Positions 59,862 to 64,000 of a stretch of DNA of 64,000 nt are shown one piece after another. The stretch is from the NCBI RefSeq assembly GCF_009914755.1, contig NC_060925.1; one strand, written 5' to 3'. Each line of letters starts with the position of its first letter. Position 1 is the stretch's first letter. The notes beneath the pieces are model-generated. The model was not told where the DNA came from. It made no database searches and saw only the letters and a program-made list of their open reading frames with translations. The translations under genes were made by a program, and so were the position numbers. The DNA is from the human T2T-CHM13v2.0 reference genome, Homo sapiens.

Positions 59862-59921
59862 TTTATATATATATAAATAATATATATATATATACATATA
59901 TATAAATAGATCTCTATATAG
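59862..59921. repeat. (TA)n-rich tract immediately after the stop codon
   Basis: Seen directly in the sequence. Confidence 0.9.
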
Positions 59922-61944
59922 TTGTGGTACGGTCTAAAAGCAGTCTTGTTTCCTGGAAATAAAAAGTTGGGATATTAACTTGTTTTTGCACTTTAGAATA
60001 GCATGAGAATCTCACTAATTTAGCATTCTGATAAAAGAAACTTTAGAGCAAGTCAGAATAGAGAGGTGTTTTTCCTTTGAGGGGATAGGGGAAGTAAGCC
60101 AATAAGAACCTTTTAAACAAATCGTCCTGTCACAAAATGCTTTCATATGGCTTAATTTTGTCAACACTGCATTGTCTTTTGAGCTCTTTTTTCCCCCCCA
60201 ACAAAGTTTTTTTGTTTTTTGTTTTTTTTTTTAAGTAGAAATTCCCTCCAGTTTTATTAGCCTCTTTATATGTCTCAAATTGCATGAATTTTTTCTGGCT
60301 GTTGGAAACCTGAATGCTTTTAGACCCAAATGGAAAATTTCTGAAATGCTGGATTATCTATTTTTAAACAAGCAGTTGACTTAAAACTTTCTGTGGCAAC
60401 TTCTGGTTTTCTGACAGTTCCCAGTGAGAGAAATGCTGAAAGTACACTGGGATCACTGGGACACTGTCTTATGAAGGTTTGCTTGGGATGAAAAAGGATA
60501 TTGCAGCTTCAGCAGTGTTGAACTGTGTGTTTAAAAATGTGAATTACTGTTATTGTATACTGTAATTGATTACATGGGCTGGGGGGGTGTCAAAGAACTT
60601 GACAGGTTGTGTTGATGCTCTTAGTTGAGTCTTGAAAAGTAAATATTAACGCTACAGAAATGCATGAGTTTCAATATATTTTTTGTCTTTGTTTGCATTG
60701 TATAACTTTAACGAGTGAGTTTAAAATTATTTAATTTCCTTAGAAAAATAGCACCATTTGGAAAAAAAAACTGGTGTTATGAAGAACGTAAATGCACTGT
60801 TTTTATTTTTATTTTATATAATTTAAATTGACTTTCCCACTGTCTTTAAGTTGAAACTGTTAAGCTGAATAAAAACTTAAGCTGCAAATTGATAACTTCG
60901 CTACATAACAAGGAAAATATAAATGTTTACAAACAGCTTAAAGATTTGCATGTGCAGTGTGCATTTATAACAAACTTCTAATTGCACAAAACCCATGCCA
61001 GCTCAGAGTTTAGGTGTACACATTTACCCAGTTGAGCGTTCTTAGAATAACTACTGCACAAGTTGACAATAGGTCGTTCTCTCTTTTTTTTTGTTTGCTC
61101 CCTTTTTCTTTTTCTCCCCTTCCTCCTTACCCTCCCTCCCTTACTCTCCCCCCCCACCACCACCCTCCACCCCCAACTCATGAAAAGATTCTATGGACTG
61201 AAAAAGCCCCAGGCTGAAAGGACTGGACTGCCTTGATTGACATGGGGAAGGGGGTTAGTAGACTATGTGGATTGCGGCAGCAGAGGCTGCAGCCTAACGT
61301 GTGGTTTTAATGACCAGCACGCAAGGCAAAAGCATTTTGCACAGTGTTTGTTTTCCTGTCTTGCACTTACAAATAAGGTCTATGGGAGTAGCATGGAAAA
61401 CGTTTGCTGTTTTTCCCTTTTTTTTTTAATTGCTTTTGTTTAAAATTTGATCGCCTTAACTACTGTAAACATAGCCTATTTTTGTGCTTAAGATACTGAA
61501 TGGAAAACTCCATTGTGTGTTGCTGGACTGTTTTGGAAATATTTGGTTAAATGTGTGTTAATTTGGCTGTAATGGCATTTAAAGCAAACAAACAAACAAA
61601 AAAAGCTGTGAAAATGGCCTTGGAGCATTATCTTTAGTTACTTGAAGAGTTTCTAGTTTTTTTAAAATACAGTTTATGTTAAAATAATTTTTATTAATTT
61701 AGAGAAGACAATCAATGTCTGTGAGAAAACGGACTTTCTTTTGGATTTTCTTTTTGTGGTCATTGTGAGTGATTGCTTTTTCCTTTTCTTAGTTTCACAT
61801 TCTTCCTTTGTTCTAAAACTTAGACTGACATCTAGCTTTGACAATCATAGTATGTTTTATTTTCCTGAGGGGGAATAACTTATAATGCTGTTTAGTTTTG
61901 TACTATTGGTGTGTTGGTGAATTTTTAAACTGTGTGCTAACTGC

Positions 61945-61950
61945 AATAAA
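61945..61950 (+). terminator. Distal polyadenylation signal
   Basis: AATAAA followed ~20 nt later by a GU/U-rich tract. Confidence 0.75.
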
Positions 61951-64000
61951 TTATATGAACTGAGAATTTCTTGTGTGTATTTTTTATTGTGATTATGTAG
62001 TGTATAGATTCTAAATATGTATCATACCTGGCATCTTTAATATCAATTCTATTCGGAGTTTATGAAATTATTAGAATGCCTTAAATCACTCGAGTGGAAA
62101 ATGTGTAAGCATTCTAGTCACTTAAGAAGATACTAAATGCACATTTAAAAAATGCGACCCATTTTCACAATCTACATCAAGAATGTTGAGGTAATTCCCT
62201 AGAAACTCATGAATCATGAAACTGCGTGGCAGCATAGGTTGTTAAAAATACACTGTACAACTACTAATCCATATACCGTAAGTCACTTTTCGTGTGTAAT
62301 TTTATCCTAAGTTGATCGGTCAAATCTATTCTCCTGTGTTCTGGTTTAAGTGGAAAATTGAAGGAGACCGGATGTTTTAATTTGGAAGACTGCTTGGCTA
62401 ATGACTGGAATTCTAGGCAATTGAATTAGCAGGCATGCAATTGTTCACGATTAGCTATATACATCCTTTTTGTTGCTGGGAGAACTCGAAAGTTTCTAGG
62501 TTTTAATTCTCAAGTTTTAATTTAAACATGTAATTAAATACATGGACCATTAAAAGAACTCTGTTCCCTACTTTTTATGATTGTCCCAACTTCATGCTTA
62601 TCTAGTTGGGTACATGTCAGGGTGAGAAACATTGCTGGTTGACCTGGGTAGGGAATTGACAGAACACTCACACATGCGGATGATACTGTAGAGGAATTGT
62701 CACAAACAACCCTAAGCTCAAGCAGTCAGGTGCAGGCATGGAGAGGTTTTGTAAACCGTGCTTGTCTCTAACTTCCAACCTTAAATAGAAATATGACTAT
62801 GAAATTTTACATTATTACTGTCAAACTATGTTTATATTCAGTGGCCTATAGTAAGGTCAATATTTTTAACCTACAGAAGTGGGATATAAGGTCTGAAGTT
62901 TGAAAATGGACCATTTACCAACTACCTGGTGGCTTTGGATAGGAAGCCACAGGGATTTTGTCATGAAGTATAATAACATAATTTGGAATCCTAATTTCCA
63001 TCCCCCTGCCTTTTTTTTTTTTTTCTAAAACAATTTTTAAAGTATGTAACTCATCCTTGGTTTTAACCAGCCAAATACTGTTTCACATGAAAGGGGAATG
63101 TACATTTGACCCCCATAGAATAATTTCTTGAGCAGTTACAAGCTTACAAAAAGGGGAGGGAGGGGGACTTTTTATTTTCAGTTCCTATAGTAACTGGTCA
63201 GAGTATCTCAAAGCTTCCTGAAGATGCTGAGCGTTTACTTGAATTTAGTTCTGTGGACTAACATCTAATTTTAAGTAAGGAACATTATCTTAACAATCTT
63301 AACTGGATATACTTATAAAAATAATATTTTGACATGATTTGGAAGAAGTAACTTCTTAAAACATTCTTTGCAAAACTAGAACAGAATATTAATTACACAA
63401 ACTGCCACATTTGGTAAGTGAAATGAAGGAATCATTTATTTGCCACATTTAAAAAAGGAAATTAATTTGTCATGTGATCATGTTGGAAACCATTAAAACT
63501 GATCCCTCCTTTGACATCTGGCTGATACATAGTATATTTTAAATATGTAGTTTTATTTACTTTAGAAAACTTCTTTTTCCTTTAGATAATCAATTATGCA
63601 CTGGATTGATGTGGGTTCAGCATTGTGTGCTAGGGGTACCCTAGGGAAGATCCAAGAAGTATAAAGTGTTAAGGATACTAGTTTCGGATTTCCTTTCTGG
63701 TTAATTATGCTATCAGATTAATAGGTGAATCAAATAGAGTTTTTCTTTAACATTTGTTATGAATATCTACAAATAGGTTATTGAAAGGTTGGAAAAAGGG
63801 GAATACTATATTAACATTTTAGAACAGTTAAAATGGCCAAAATAATCATTTTCCAAGTAAATCTTTTTAACTACCATCAAAAAATCTTTTTTTTTTTTTT
63901 TTTTACCAATAAGTGGCACTACTTAAAAAATCTCGAACTTCCAAGTGTTACGTATAAAACACACACCGACTCACTGACTCCATGAAGCCTTGACTCAAGA

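Larger units (their letters stand above)
59861..61965 (+). other. ZBTB18: ZBTB18 3'UTR, AU-rich, with tandem polyadenylation signals
   Basis: AATAAA at 59958, 60868 and 61945. The last is followed by a GT/T-rich downstream element (ttcttgtgtgtattttttattgtg). No transposons seen. Confidence 0.8.

Overview
Primate (very probably human) genomic DNA containing the complete ZBTB18 gene (RP58/ZNF238; a BTB/POZ + 4x C2H2 transcriptional repressor, human chr1q44 from prior knowledge) on the + strand at ~53.1-62.0 kb. The gene has a CpG-island promoter, two alternative first exons (non-coding 1a ending 53480; 1b with 13 coding nt at 55921-55933), one large coding exon (58278-59860) and a ~2.1 kb 3'UTR. 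The first ~40 kb is non-coding and repeat-rich: ~19 Alu-family elements, a decayed ~7 kb ERVL (HERV16/LTR16-like) provirus, L1M fragments, nested MaLR LTRs and Tigger/MER DNA transposons. No Alu was seen in the last ~27 kb. Findings beyond routine annotation: (i) four short local duplications, two direct and two inverted, 110-245 bp, copied within ~0.4-1.6 kb of the donor; (ii) three bHLH E-box arrays in and around the gene, one with ~20-bp phasing, plus a consensus ZBTB18 site in its own promoter; (iii) several uORFs, including an overlapping uORF 11 nt upstream of the main ATG; (iv) overlapping miRNA seed sites and RBFOX motifs in the 3'UTR. I found no evidence for a new protein-coding system. 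All other ORFs in the track look like repeat-derived or GC-driven artefacts. Repeat subfamily names and boundaries were assigned by eye and are approximate.
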